DNA of 64,000 nt from a virus: IMG/VR virus record IMGVR_UViG_3300038944_000010; one strand, given 5' to 3'. Below the pieces are notes generated by a model. The model saw nothing but the letters and a program-made list of their open reading frames with translations. It was not told the DNA's origin and made no database searches. Made by a program: the position numbers and the translations under genes. This document shows, in pieces, positions 1 through 7,700 of the stretch (positions within the stretch are counted from its first letter, which is position 1; the number at the start of each line of letters is the position of its first letter).

Positions 1-219
1 CTGCTGTTGTGATCAGAATATTCATACTGCACCTGTTAAGTTAAGTCCCTCATAGCATTTACCCTTACCGTTTCGTAAATTAATCCTCCTCTGACTAATT
101 CTCTGAATAAATTCGAAATGCTATAAAAGCATTGTCGGAAGGGACTGGAGACAATGCGCAAGCGGAGGAGCGGAGCTCCGACTTCTTCTTTTCTTTTCTG
201 TGAGCACCGCGTAACCGTT

Positions 220-432
220 ATGAATCATTCTGTTGAGAAAACCAAACTCCTGGCCGATCTAACTTTCATTGAGAAGATCATCACTGCCATCGAAGACGCT
301 GTCGATACGCGTCAACAGGAATTACAACTACCCACCCGTAACTACTTGAGCCATGACCTGGAGAAGGCCGTGAACACCTTGCGGATACGGAAAGTGGGCA
401 TCCATGCTAAACTCCGTCGACTGGGAGAGTGA
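220..432 (+). CDS. hypothetical protein (70 aa; ORF extends upstream to 154)
   Basis: In-frame ATG at 220 (MNHSVEKTK...); helical-looking sequence; ends just before a hairpin at 438-471. Confidence 0.55.
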   Translation: MNHSVEKTKLLADLTFIEKIITAIEDAVDTRQQELQLPTRNYLSHDLEKAVNTLRIRKVGIHAKLRRLGE

Positions 433-437
433 GACGA

Positions 438-471
438 CATAAGGGAGGAGCCTCGGGCTCCTCCTGTTATG
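438..471. terminator. bidirectional hairpin between convergent genes (CATA...TATG family)
   Basis: CATAA-GGGAGGAGCC-TCG-GGCTCCTCC-TG-TTATG between the stops at 432 (+) and 479 (-). Confidence 0.7.
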
Positions 472-478
472 CTGGGTG

Positions 479-1228
479 TCACTTAAACGAGGTCGGGACT
501 GGGTAGGAAGCGGCGTCGTAGATCGCAGCATGGGTGATCCGCAGGCCGAGGAGACTGCCGACCAACTGCCAATAGACGTTTCCTGAACCACCGCCCCGAC
601 GGCTACCCAGACGGATGGGTTGGGTCGTGACCAAGGTGATGTCATTTGTCCTTTCTAGGGTGCGTACCCGCGTACCATTGACGTAGGTCGAGACAATGCC
701 GGCCTTGCGTTCGATGACGATGTGGTGCTGGGTATTGACACTCAACGCTGCCGACAGTGGATAGGAGTAATCCATCCCACTGGAGTTGGCAAATCGAATC
801 CATGGGTTGCCGTTGGAGAAGAAGTACATGACATCCAGGTTATTCGGTTGACCGGTGGCGGCCCAGGTCTGCCAGCTGAACAAGGGCACCACCATGCTGC
901 CATCCACAGGTTGCGGCTTGATGGTGCTGAAATCAAACACCGCCTCGAACGTGAAGTCGCCCGTGCGGGGCAGGTAGCTGGCATTACTGGGCAGTGTGGC
1001 GGAAGAGCCGTCGGTCCCGTCAAACTTGAGCGACGCCACTTCACCACCGAACACCTTGGTGGTGTCCAACTTGATGTTGTTCGGATGACTGATAGTGACA
1101 GACGCACCCGTGATGACATCAAAGGCCCTAGTGGCGGTAAACCCCAACTGGAAGCGGATCTTGTCTTTATAGGCCTTAAGGTTGTATTTCTTACGGCCTT
1201 GGGATGCTGCTACAAATAATGGGTTCAC
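479..1228 (-). CDS. Concanavalin A/LamG-like lectin-fold protein, possibly virion-associated
   Basis: Motifs FDG...GDFTFEAVF, QHHIVIERKAG, YVNGTRV, IRLGSR, LRITHAAIY resemble Laminin_G_3 domains in phage tail-associated proteins. Confidence 0.65.
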   Translation of the reverse strand: MNPLFVAASQGRKKYNLKAYKDKIRFQLGFTATRAFDVITGASVTISHPNNIKLDTTKVFGGEVASLKFDGTDGSSATLPSNASYLPRTGDFTFEAVFDFSTIKPQPVDGSMVVPLFSWQTWAATGQPNNLDVMYFFSNGNPWIRFANSSGMDYSYPLSAALSVNTQHHIVIERKAGIVSTYVNGTRVRTLERTNDITLVTTQPIRLGSRRGGGSGNVYWQLVGSLLGLRITHAAIYDAASYPVPTSFK

Positions 1229-1312
1229 GATAGATAACCTGAAGCAGTTGGATAAAAGGACCCTTACATAGGATTCGTCAAGCTGAACAGTGAATAAATA
1301 CTAAACCGGTAT

Positions 1313-1738
1313 ATGGGTGTGACCAGGGTAAGTGCTCTGGTACCCAAGCGCAGCACGATGACGATGAGGGAACAGGGAATGGACACCGTACAACTCACGT
1401 ACAATGCCAACCAGTGGGCCGGTATCGCACACCCCACCGCCGTGGACTCGGTCCTACGCTTTGTGCAAAACTGTGAGCGTGACCTGCGCATGCTCAACAT
1501 CCTGGCCAAGGACGGTAATCAGGACGACGGATGGGTCTATGAAGTGAGGGTCTCGGACGACCATGAGCGCCTCTATATGGTGCTCAATGGAGCATGGACC
1601 ATCCACGAAGTGCGAGTCGCCCCAGAGGGCGGATTGGACCTGATTGAGGTGTACACACCCAGTCAGGGCGAGCAGGATGCTTTGCAGCACCTACAGACGG
1701 CTTTGAGGGCTTCCAAGAGCTTTGAGCTGATCCTCTGA
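1313..1738 (+). CDS. hypothetical protein (start uncertain, possibly 1379)
   Basis: 141-aa ORF filling the gap between a divergent gene and a promoter motif. Confidence 0.6.
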   Translation: MGVTRVSALVPKRSTMTMREQGMDTVQLTYNANQWAGIAHPTAVDSVLRFVQNCERDLRMLNILAKDGNQDDGWVYEVRVSDDHERLYMVLNGAWTIHEVRVAPEGGLDLIEVYTPSQGEQDALQHLQTALRASKSFELIL

Positions 1739-1756
1739 GGGCTAAGGGATAAATTC

Positions 1757-1792
1757 GATTCGACTTCGTTATGAAGACACATTACTAACGTG
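1757..1792 (+). promoter_or_regulatory. putative phage (early-type) promoter, copy 1
   Basis: GATTCGA-N14-CACAT-N7-GTG; identical spacing at 3488, 61024 and 62150. Confidence 0.6.
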
Positions 1793-1851
1793 AAGTGGTC
1801 ACTTCTTTCGCTTACTTAAGCTGTCGATCGTTTGATCGCACGGACGCTATC

Positions 1852-1952
1852 GTAAAAAATAACGCATCGACACAATGGTATAAGGGACAGGTACCGAGCC
1901 CTTGCATAGCCCGAGAGAGCGATAGGCACATTCGCCATCGCCCTCGGCTATG
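1852..1952 (+). ncRNA. promoter-like box plus two-hairpin structured RNA motif, copy 1
   Basis: GTAAAAAATAAC-N15-TATA; stem AAGGG/CCCTT closing a loop with AGGTACC; second stem CATAGC..CGAG..GCGAT-A-GGC / GCC-ATCGC..CTCG-GCTATG. Confidence 0.6.
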
Positions 1953-2004
1953 ACCCTATGTCTGCTGGACCGTACACCCACCTGGCTACGAGGATTTCAA
2001 GTTC

Positions 2005-2721
2005 ATGCCCCAACTTATGTTTGCCAACATCACCCCGGACGATCAAGTCAACAGCCACTTTGTAGCACTCGGCTCGGATGATTGCCCCGATGGGCAAATC
2101 TCCTTGGTGGGCTATTTGGAACCTGGTTACCACATTGAGGTGGGTGATCCGCAGGGGATCAATGAGGCGAAGGTCATCGTCAAACGGGTCGTGGTCAATG
2201 ACCATGTCGACGATGAGAAAGTCGAGGCCTATAAAGCCTTGCGCGATCCGAATGGCGTGACGGTCAAAGAAGTCCGTCGGGTCTTGGGAGCCAACCGGGA
2301 CGATGACATCCTCATTATGATGCTGCCCGATCCTTCATTGCGCCAACATGCCGTGGCTGAGTCAGAAGCCGAGCCAGCCCCACCTGCCTTGGTCAGCACG
2401 GTGTTGAACATCGCGGACATGATGGCAGCGTGGGCGGTTGGAGAACTGACCTTGCAATACCACGCCGAGGTCTTGCACCTCATGGACGTCCGACCAATCC
2501 GGGTCCAAGCGGCGCCGTACGAAGAACGCGATTTCAAACGCATGGTCCGAGCCCTGACCCCAATGATGCACCGTCGGGAACTGGCCGTCGATAACGATCA
2601 CCATGTCTTTATCAAAGTCTCGCTGTTTGGCAAAGCCCGTGTGGCCTTTGGCAGCATGCATGAAGAAACCATTGAACGGGAATACATCATTCCGGTGTAC
2701 GCCCTCGCGCCACGTGCCTGA
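2005..2721 (+). CDS. hypothetical protein
   Basis: 238-aa ORF, GAGGA upstream of the ATG, directly downstream of RNA motif copy 1. Confidence 0.75.
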   Translation: MPQLMFANITPDDQVNSHFVALGSDDCPDGQISLVGYLEPGYHIEVGDPQGINEAKVIVKRVVVNDHVDDEKVEAYKALRDPNGVTVKEVRRVLGANRDDDILIMMLPDPSLRQHAVAESEAEPAPPALVSTVLNIADMMAAWAVGELTLQYHAEVLHLMDVRPIRVQAAPYEERDFKRMVRALTPMMHRRELAVDNDHHVFIKVSLFGKARVAFGSMHEETIEREYIIPVYALAPRA

Positions 2722-2733
2722 ACAGGAGCCCAC

Positions 2734-2880
2734 ATGCTGAACCTCCCTGCTGCCAACGATGACTGCGCCAGCGACACCGATTCCATGTTGCACTTTCTTC
2801 ATCAATTCCCCATTGAAGCCAGCCATACCCCAGAACCGGTGGGCAGGGTGTGTTACGATGACGGGGAGTTGAAGCCATAA
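2734..2880 (+). CDS. small hypothetical protein (48 aa, MLNLPAANDD...)
   Basis: Read manually; AGGAG Shine-Dalgarno upstream of ATG 2734, TAA at 2878-2880. Confidence 0.5.
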   Translation: MLNLPAANDDCASDTDSMLHFLHQFPIEASHTPEPVGRVCYDDGELKP

Positions 2881-2882
2881 TG

Positions 2883-3032
2883 GTAAAAAATAACTAATCT
2901 CACATGTAGTATAGGGAACAGGTACCACTCATTCCCTGGGCAGCCTTGGAGATGCGATAGACACATTGGTCATCGCCTCCAGCTGCCATCTATGCCGCCT
3001 CACCGATCGGCTATACGGTCGGTTCTTTTTTT
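2883..3032 (+). ncRNA. promoter-like box plus two-hairpin RNA motif, copy 2, followed by an intrinsic terminator (stand-alone small RNA candidate)
   Basis: Same 12-mer and TATA spacing; AGGGAA/TTCCCT stem around AGGTACC; GGCAGC..TGGAG..GCGAT-A-GAC / GTC-ATCGC-CTCCA-GCTGCC; then ACCGATCG/CGGTCGGT hairpin and a T-tract. Confidence 0.65.
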
Positions 3033-3049
3033 GGTTGTTGGGGCAAATG

Positions 3050-3151
3050 GTAAAAAATAACAAATGTGGATACTATTATAGGAGAAGGTACCGGATCTCC
3101 TGGGGCAGCTGCAGGAGCGCGATAGGCAATAGCCATCGCCCCTGGCTGACC
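3050..3151 (+). ncRNA. promoter-like box plus two-hairpin RNA motif, copy 3
   Basis: Same 12-mer and TATA spacing; AGGAGA/TCTCCT stem around AGGTACC; CAGC..CAGG..GCGAT-A-GGC / GCC-ATCGC..CCTG-GCTG. Confidence 0.6.
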
Positions 3152-3177
3152 ATTATTCCGCTTGCAAGGACACCCCT

Positions 3178-3360
3178 ATGAACGATGCCGTTCCACCCGC
3201 CCCTGCTGCAAAAGCGCGTCGGTACCATACCACGCCTGAGCCGGAGGGTGCATCGTCTTTGCCGCCTTTGGTACGGCGGCTGTTGAATGACGCGGTCAGC
3301 CCAGCCTTACTGGAATCACCGCCGTTAATTCGTCCGCCCCATGGGCCTGTCAAGCGTTAA
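3178..3360 (+). CDS. small Pro-rich hypothetical protein (60 aa)
   Basis: AAGGA upstream of the ATG; lies between RNA motif copy 3 and a terminator. Confidence 0.4.
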   Translation: MNDAVPPAPAAKARRYHTTPEPEGASSLPPLVRRLLNDAVSPALLESPPLIRPPHGPVKR

Positions 3361-3418
3361 CAGTTTGAGCACGTAGCATCGGGAACTCCCCTCCCCTTGA
3401 CCCACGCTGGTAGTCCAG

Positions 3419-3471
3419 CACCTGCAAGAGAGCCTCCTCAGAACGGGCTCTCTTGCAGGTGGGTCCTTTTT
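3419..3471 (+). terminator. intrinsic terminator
   Basis: CACCTGCAAGAGAGCC / GGCTCTCTTGCAGGTG inverted repeat followed by GGTCCTTTTT. Confidence 0.7.
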
Positions 3472-3487
3472 GCCGGCTCGAATTATC

Positions 3488-3552
3488 GATTCGAATTATT
3501 TTCAACGATACATGGTAACAGTGAGTAAGCAGAATGATCTCTTACTTTAACC
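3488..3552 (+). promoter_or_regulatory. putative phage early-type promoter and leader, copy 2
   Basis: GATTCGA-N14-TACAT-N7-GTG, extended by AGAATGATCTC...TTTAACC shared with 61024-61089. Confidence 0.7.
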
Positions 3553-3572
3553 TGAATCAAAGGAGCATTACC

Positions 3573-3677
3573 ATGTTCGGACGTATCGTTGTTGCTGTAA
3601 CCATCATCGTGGCTGCCAACATCATCCTCGATAAATACTCCCACTCCAAGCTGCGTCAGAAAGTACTGAACAGCTAA
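3573..3677 (+). CDS. small membrane protein (34 aa, MFGRIVVAVTIIVAANIIL...)
   Basis: Read manually; AAGGAG SD; hydrophobic N-terminus and basic tail. Confidence 0.6.
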   Translation: MFGRIVVAVTIIVAANIILDKYSHSKLRQKVLNS

Positions 3678-3762
3678 GTTGCATCAGCCTGGAGGCTCTT
3701 GCCCCAAGAGCCTCTACGTGATTTAACTTGATCGACACCACTGTGCCAATGGAGGCATCTGC

Positions 3763-4017
3763 ATGACCAACATGAATGTGAGCGCCATTGGCGCGATGAT
3801 TGAATTCCCCTTCTTCCACGAGATCAATGTCAACGGTGAAAAGCAATTGGCTTCGGCTGCGCTGATCAACCTGCGTAAGATCCCCGTGGTCCAATTCCTC
3901 AAGGACTTCTACTACCGCACCCCTGCGGGTACCTTTGTCAAGTGCATGCAAGTCACTCAGCGCCACCCGGAGCTGCATGACAAGTTTCACGAAGACATGA
4001 TTGCCTACATGGGTTAA
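3763..4017 (+). CDS. hypothetical protein (84 aa)
   Basis: GGAGG SD upstream of the ATG. Confidence 0.7.
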   Translation: MTNMNVSAIGAMIEFPFFHEINVNGEKQLASAALINLRKIPVVQFLKDFYYRTPAGTFVKCMQVTQRHPELHDKFHEDMIAYMG

Positions 4018-4041
4018 CCTTCCGCCTGCTTGGAGCCTCTC

Positions 4042-4335
4042 ATGAAAATCGCCCATCGTTACACCGCTGAACAAACTGAGAACGACCTGCACGATGCTGA
4101 CGGTCAGTTCTTCTTCCGCCGACAGACCAAGTACGGCATCCATTGGGAACTCGCCCGCTTCAGTGAGGGCGTCAGTACCGAACAAGCCAAAGCGCTGATC
4201 CGGGCTGAAGGCTACTACCGCTTCATGCACGAGGACAAGGTGAAGTTCGACTACCTGCCGGTGCGGGTGGTGGAACCCACCATGCTCACCTACCACCTGA
4301 TCGAAGATGCACTGAAGAAACACTTCAATGAGTAG
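4042..4335 (+). CDS. hypothetical protein (97 aa)
   Basis: GGAG SD upstream of ATG 4042 (MKIAHRY...). Confidence 0.7.
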   Translation: MKIAHRYTAEQTENDLHDADGQFFFRRQTKYGIHWELARFSEGVSTEQAKALIRAEGYYRFMHEDKVKFDYLPVRVVEPTMLTYHLIEDALKKHFNE

Positions 4336-4420
4336 CGCCCAGTACTACATCGGTCTGGGCGTTATCTTCATTGGCTTCCTGATTCTTAACAACCTGTACA
4401 CCGCACCACCTATACCCTAG
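4328..4420 (+). CDS. small membrane protein (30 aa, MSSAQYYIGLGVIFIGFLIL...)
   Basis: Read manually; overlaps the previous stop; single hydrophobic segment. Confidence 0.45.
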   Translation: MSSAQYYIGLGVIFIGFLILNNLYTAPPIP

Positions 4421-4437
4421 ATCTTAAGGAGATCACC

Positions 4438-4938
4438 ATGAAAGTTATCGAAGTCAGCATTAAAGAGCGTCACAAAGCCCTTGCGACCACCGCCATGATT
4501 CGAGATGGACGTAAAGTGAAATGGAGCTATAAAGATGAAGTGACGTTCAAGCGTAAGGGCGACCGCTTTGATTTGGACGAAGTGGTCGCTGACGGCGATC
4601 GCCAACGTGTCTGGCTGAGCACTGAGTTCAAAGAACTCTCGAAAGCCCACCGTGACCTGGTCAAAGCCGCGGCTCACCTGCTGGGTCTGCGGGGCTTCTA
4701 TGTCAATGAGGAATTCATTGTCCTGACCCAGAAACTTGAAGTAAAAGAAGTGCGGGTACTGGCCCTTGAAGAAATTGAAGAGCCTGCTCCACGTCACCTG
4801 ACGACGCTACCGATGGCTCAAGAAAGGGCCCTCAGTGGATATCGTCGCGAGCCTAAACAACATCAACCAGAAACCCGTCTCAACATCGGTATCTCGATAC
4901 TGGGACGCGGTCTATCGTTCCTCGCTCAGCGCAGATAA
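4438..4938 (+). CDS. hypothetical protein (166 aa)
   Basis: TAAGGAG SD upstream of the ATG. Confidence 0.75.
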   Translation: MKVIEVSIKERHKALATTAMIRDGRKVKWSYKDEVTFKRKGDRFDLDEVVADGDRQRVWLSTEFKELSKAHRDLVKAAAHLLGLRGFYVNEEFIVLTQKLEVKEVRVLALEEIEEPAPRHLTTLPMAQERALSGYRREPKQHQPETRLNIGISILGRGLSFLAQRR

Positions 4939-4964
4939 CCCCTAGCCCACAGGAGGGCGCAATC

Positions 4965-5129
4965 ATGTTCAATAAACTGTTCGGTAAAAACGTTCGCGCT
5001 CTCCAATCGGAGCTGGCGCATGCCACCCACATGTTCGCCCATGCCATGCGTGTCTATGGCGTGAGCAGCAAACAAGCCCTGGCCTACGAAGCCAAAATCA
5101 ATCACCTTGAAGCCATGCTGGCTAACTGA
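4965..5129 (+). CDS. small hypothetical protein (54 aa, MFNKLFGKNV...)
   Basis: Read manually; AGGAGG SD. Confidence 0.6.
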   Translation: MFNKLFGKNVRALQSELAHATHMFAHAMRVYGVSSKQALAYEAKINHLEAMLAN

Positions 5130-5143
5130 TACGGAGCATCACC

Positions 5144-5281
5144 ATGAGCAATACCACCTTCGCTGTACTGGTCGTCGGTGCTGGCATTGTTGGCAGCATC
5201 ATCGGTTACAAAGCGGTTGAGCACCTTCCCGATCGCATCAGTCTCTTTGGTCGCACATTGGTGCGCAAGAATAAAGGTTGA
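5144..5281 (+). CDS. small membrane protein (45 aa, MSNTTFAVLVVGAGIVGSIIG...)
   Basis: Read manually; GGAG SD; hydrophobic N-terminal segment, basic C-terminus. Confidence 0.6.
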   Translation: MSNTTFAVLVVGAGIVGSIIGYKAVEHLPDRISLFGRTLVRKNKG

Positions 5282-5283
5282 CG

Positions 5284-5337
5284 GCATAGGGAGGAGGGCA
5301 TGAGCCCTCCTCCTGTTGCTTCTTTCTTTTTTTCTTT
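5284..5337. terminator. terminator hairpin between convergent operons
   Basis: GCATA-G-GGAGGAGGGC-ATGA-GCCCTCCTCC followed by a long T-rich tract. Confidence 0.75.
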
Positions 5338-6058
5338 AGCTCACTTTGAGCATGCGCGGATGCAGACCGGCCACCAACTTCTGGGTGACCTTGGCACAAC
5401 ACTCAGCCTTGGTGATCTTCCCATCCTTGTTGATGTCCAGGCCTTTGTTTTGCACGTAGGTGGTCGGACGGGTCTTCGCGTCCCAGAGGACGTAGTCGTC
5501 CGGCTTGCCTACTGCCACGGGCCACAGGATGCGCATGTAGACATCGCCCAGGTTCTTCAGCTTGCCTTTGTAGGGCTGGAAGAACTTCTGCACGTAGAAG
5601 AGCTGCTCTTCAGCCGTGAGCTTGACCAACGCGCCTACGGTGGTACCGACGTCCTTGGCTGCGGCAGCGCCAAACTGGATCAGGCCGTAGTACGGTGCAC
5701 CGGCGCCGTTCTTGATGCTCGGCGAGAACGTCTCACCGGTCTCGAATGCCATGCAGGCCATCAGGTCATCCGGACCGTTGTTGGGCATGGCCAGGCCACT
5801 TGCGATGTGCTTGACGATCTTGATGAATTCGTCACTGACCTTCTCCGACCAAGCCGTGGCATTACAGTACGCCAGGAAGATCGGGTCGATGCCGTGTTCA
5901 GCAACGGCCTTTTTGCGAGCGGCTTCCGTCAGGCGACGGGCGTTCATGAACGAGCCATGACTCAACGGACCCCACGCCCCGTCGATGAGACCGGTGTACA
6001 GTCCCATGGCTTTCATGCCACGCTGCAGTTCTTTCAGTTGATTAACTGTTGCTGCCAT
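5336..6058 (-). CDS. endolysin: N-terminal peptidoglycan-binding-like segment plus lysozyme/lytic-transglycosylase-like catalytic domain (240 aa)
   Basis: Start MAATVNQLKELQ; LYTGLIDGAWGP resembles PG_binding_1; MAFETG (candidate catalytic Glu) and YYGLIQF resemble lysozyme-superfamily motifs. Confidence 0.8.
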   Translation of the reverse strand: MAATVNQLKELQRGMKAMGLYTGLIDGAWGPLSHGSFMNARRLTEAARKKAVAEHGIDPIFLAYCNATAWSEKVSDEFIKIVKHIASGLAMPNNGPDDLMACMAFETGETFSPSIKNGAGAPYYGLIQFGAAAAKDVGTTVGALVKLTAEEQLFYVQKFFQPYKGKLKNLGDVYMRILWPVAVGKPDDYVLWDAKTRPTTYVQNKGLDINKDGKITKAECCAKVTQKLVAGLHPRMLKVS

Positions 6059-6698
6059 TTTGTTCACTCTCAATGAGTTCGAGCATTGCCGGATAGCAGT
6101 CTCGGAGTTTCTCGAATTTATAATCGCGAAGCATGCCATTGAAGACCTGATCCGGATTAGTCGTGCGGCGATATTCGAACCGCAGTCCCTCACTGTCGAC
6201 CGCCAACGGGGTCGAGGGGGTGGTTGCAAAACGGGTGATGTGCACGGCGTTGGCAAAGGAGAACGGACTGTTCAACAAGGTCCGCCACTGTGCAGCACTG
6301 GCCGCTTGCTCTTCCGACTCTTGCGTGTAAGAAGACAGGGACATAGGATCTGCGAGGACCTTGACGTTGAGGAAGTCGTTAATGATAGCGTCTTCCAGGT
6401 GCAACATCTTCGGTGTATGGCTGGTCTTGGTACGGAAGTACAGACGGTTCACCGCCGGACGGCCCCGTGGGATATACGGGTGTGGTTCACCACCGTCTTG
6501 CGGGGCGGCTTCATCTTCCTTCCACCATTCCATGCTGTAGCCAACGATGGCGTATTGCAGGTCAGACAGGAAGTTGAACACCACGGCATCTTTGATACGG
6601 GCGAAGGGACGCAGTTGCACCCCGGCGTTATCCAGCAGGCGTACCACTCGAAATTGCCCGCGATCAGCGCCGGTGTAAAGAGGGGTTTCTTCAGACAT
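6042..6698 (-). CDS. hypothetical protein, last gene of the radical-SAM cluster
   Basis: 218-aa ORF overlapping the endolysin start; tightly packed in the operon. Confidence 0.75.
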   Translation of the reverse strand: MSEETPLYTGADRGQFRVVRLLDNAGVQLRPFARIKDAVVFNFLSDLQYAIVGYSMEWWKEDEAAPQDGGEPHPYIPRGRPAVNRLYFRTKTSHTPKMLHLEDAIINDFLNVKVLADPMSLSSYTQESEEQAASAAQWRTLLNSPFSFANAVHITRFATTPSTPLAVDSEGLRFEYRRTTNPDQVFNGMLRDYKFEKLRDCYPAMLELIESEQNGSNS

Positions 6699-6709
6699 GG
6701 GAGGTTCCT

Positions 6710-7267
6710 TCAGAGGTTATCGATCATGTAGTATTCGTGCAGCAACGACAACCGCACCTCTTCAGTGACGTGTGAGACGCTGTGCTGCGCATAGCTCGGG
6801 AAGATCCAGACGTCACCTTGCTTCGGACTGATCCGGAAGTTGGCAAAGTGGTGGTTGCGCATGCGCTTGGGATAGCCACGCATGGCATTGAGCCTGGGGT
6901 CGAACATGTTCAAACCATTGGTCGAGTCGTTGGGGTAGCAGATGGCCGAGAGCACACTGCCAGGATGCAGGTGAGCGTACAACCCTTCCCCTTCGACGAT
7001 CCACTTCCCATTGGTCTCGACGTAATACTTCTCCATGTCCTGACCGAAGTGTTCTTTGCAGAACGCATTGACAGCCGGAGTGATGATCTGATCGCGCATT
7101 TCCAGAATGATTGGAAACAGCTCAGGGTCCACGAACCGCTGCCGGTCATCCTCACCGTTGGTCATGCTGTACATGGTAAACACTTCATCGGCCCATGCTT
7201 GCATGTCGAACTGATCGGCGACATTGATCCTGGCCACCGGGGTGGCCCAGAGTGAAAGCGTTTCCAT
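6710..7267 (-). CDS. putative Fe(II)/2-oxoglutarate oxygenase
   Basis: HLHPGS...SAICY...FPSYAQHSV...RLSL: HxH...H...R pattern of the TIGR02466/2OG-FeII_Oxy_5-like family. Confidence 0.8.
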   Translation of the reverse strand: METLSLWATPVARINVADQFDMQAWADEVFTMYSMTNGEDDRQRFVDPELFPIILEMRDQIITPAVNAFCKEHFGQDMEKYYVETNGKWIVEGEGLYAHLHPGSVLSAICYPNDSTNGLNMFDPRLNAMRGYPKRMRNHHFANFRISPKQGDVWIFPSYAQHSVSHVTEEVRLSLLHEYYMIDNL

Positions 7268-7268
7268 G

Positions 7269-7700
7269 TCAGACCTCCGTCAAGGATTGGATGCCCGCTT
7301 CTGTGCACTCGAGCAGGCAGTACTGTACAGATTTAGGTGCCCAGCCCGATTCCAGCCAGTTAGGCAATTCTTGGAGCTTCTCGATGATCGCATCGTACGT
7401 CTCAGGGTCTTGACGGTACGGTACGAAGTACGGGTCCTGCCCTAAGAACAGGTCTTCATCGTCGAGCACCGTGTGGATGTCAAGCCCGTAGATCTCCTTG
7501 AGCTTGAAGGCGTAGATGATTGCCACCGCATAGCTCTTGGCCGGATAGATCAACGGGAAGGTGGCCGCCTCGAAATACTTCAATGCGTTTTCCACCTTCT
7601 CGTCGGCTTCAACGAACTCCATCAGCTCAAATGCATCGGAGTGCTCCTGTACCAATTCATCGTACAGCTTTTGGAACGGTTTATACGGCAGGGTATTCAT
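7269..7700 (-). CDS. hypothetical acidic protein in the radical-SAM cluster
   Basis: 143-aa ORF packed against both neighbours. Confidence 0.75.
   Translation of the reverse strand: MNTLPYKPFQKLYDELVQEHSDAFELMEFVEADEKVENALKYFEAATFPLIYPAKSYAVAIIYAFKLKEIYGLDIHTVLDDEDLFLGQDPYFVPYRQDPETYDAIIEKLQELPNWLESGWAPKSVQYCLLECTEAGIQSLTEV

Noticed and set aside
1852..3151. The three-copy motif as a CRISPR mini-array or tRNAs
   Set aside because: Spacing is irregular (1031 and 167 nt), copies are not identical direct repeats, and there is no cloverleaf, TTCGA T-loop or CCA in the motif.
5336..6256. 306-aa extended endolysin start from the ORF track
   Set aside because: The extension overlaps the upstream gene by about 200 nt; ATG 6058 gives a normal short overlap.
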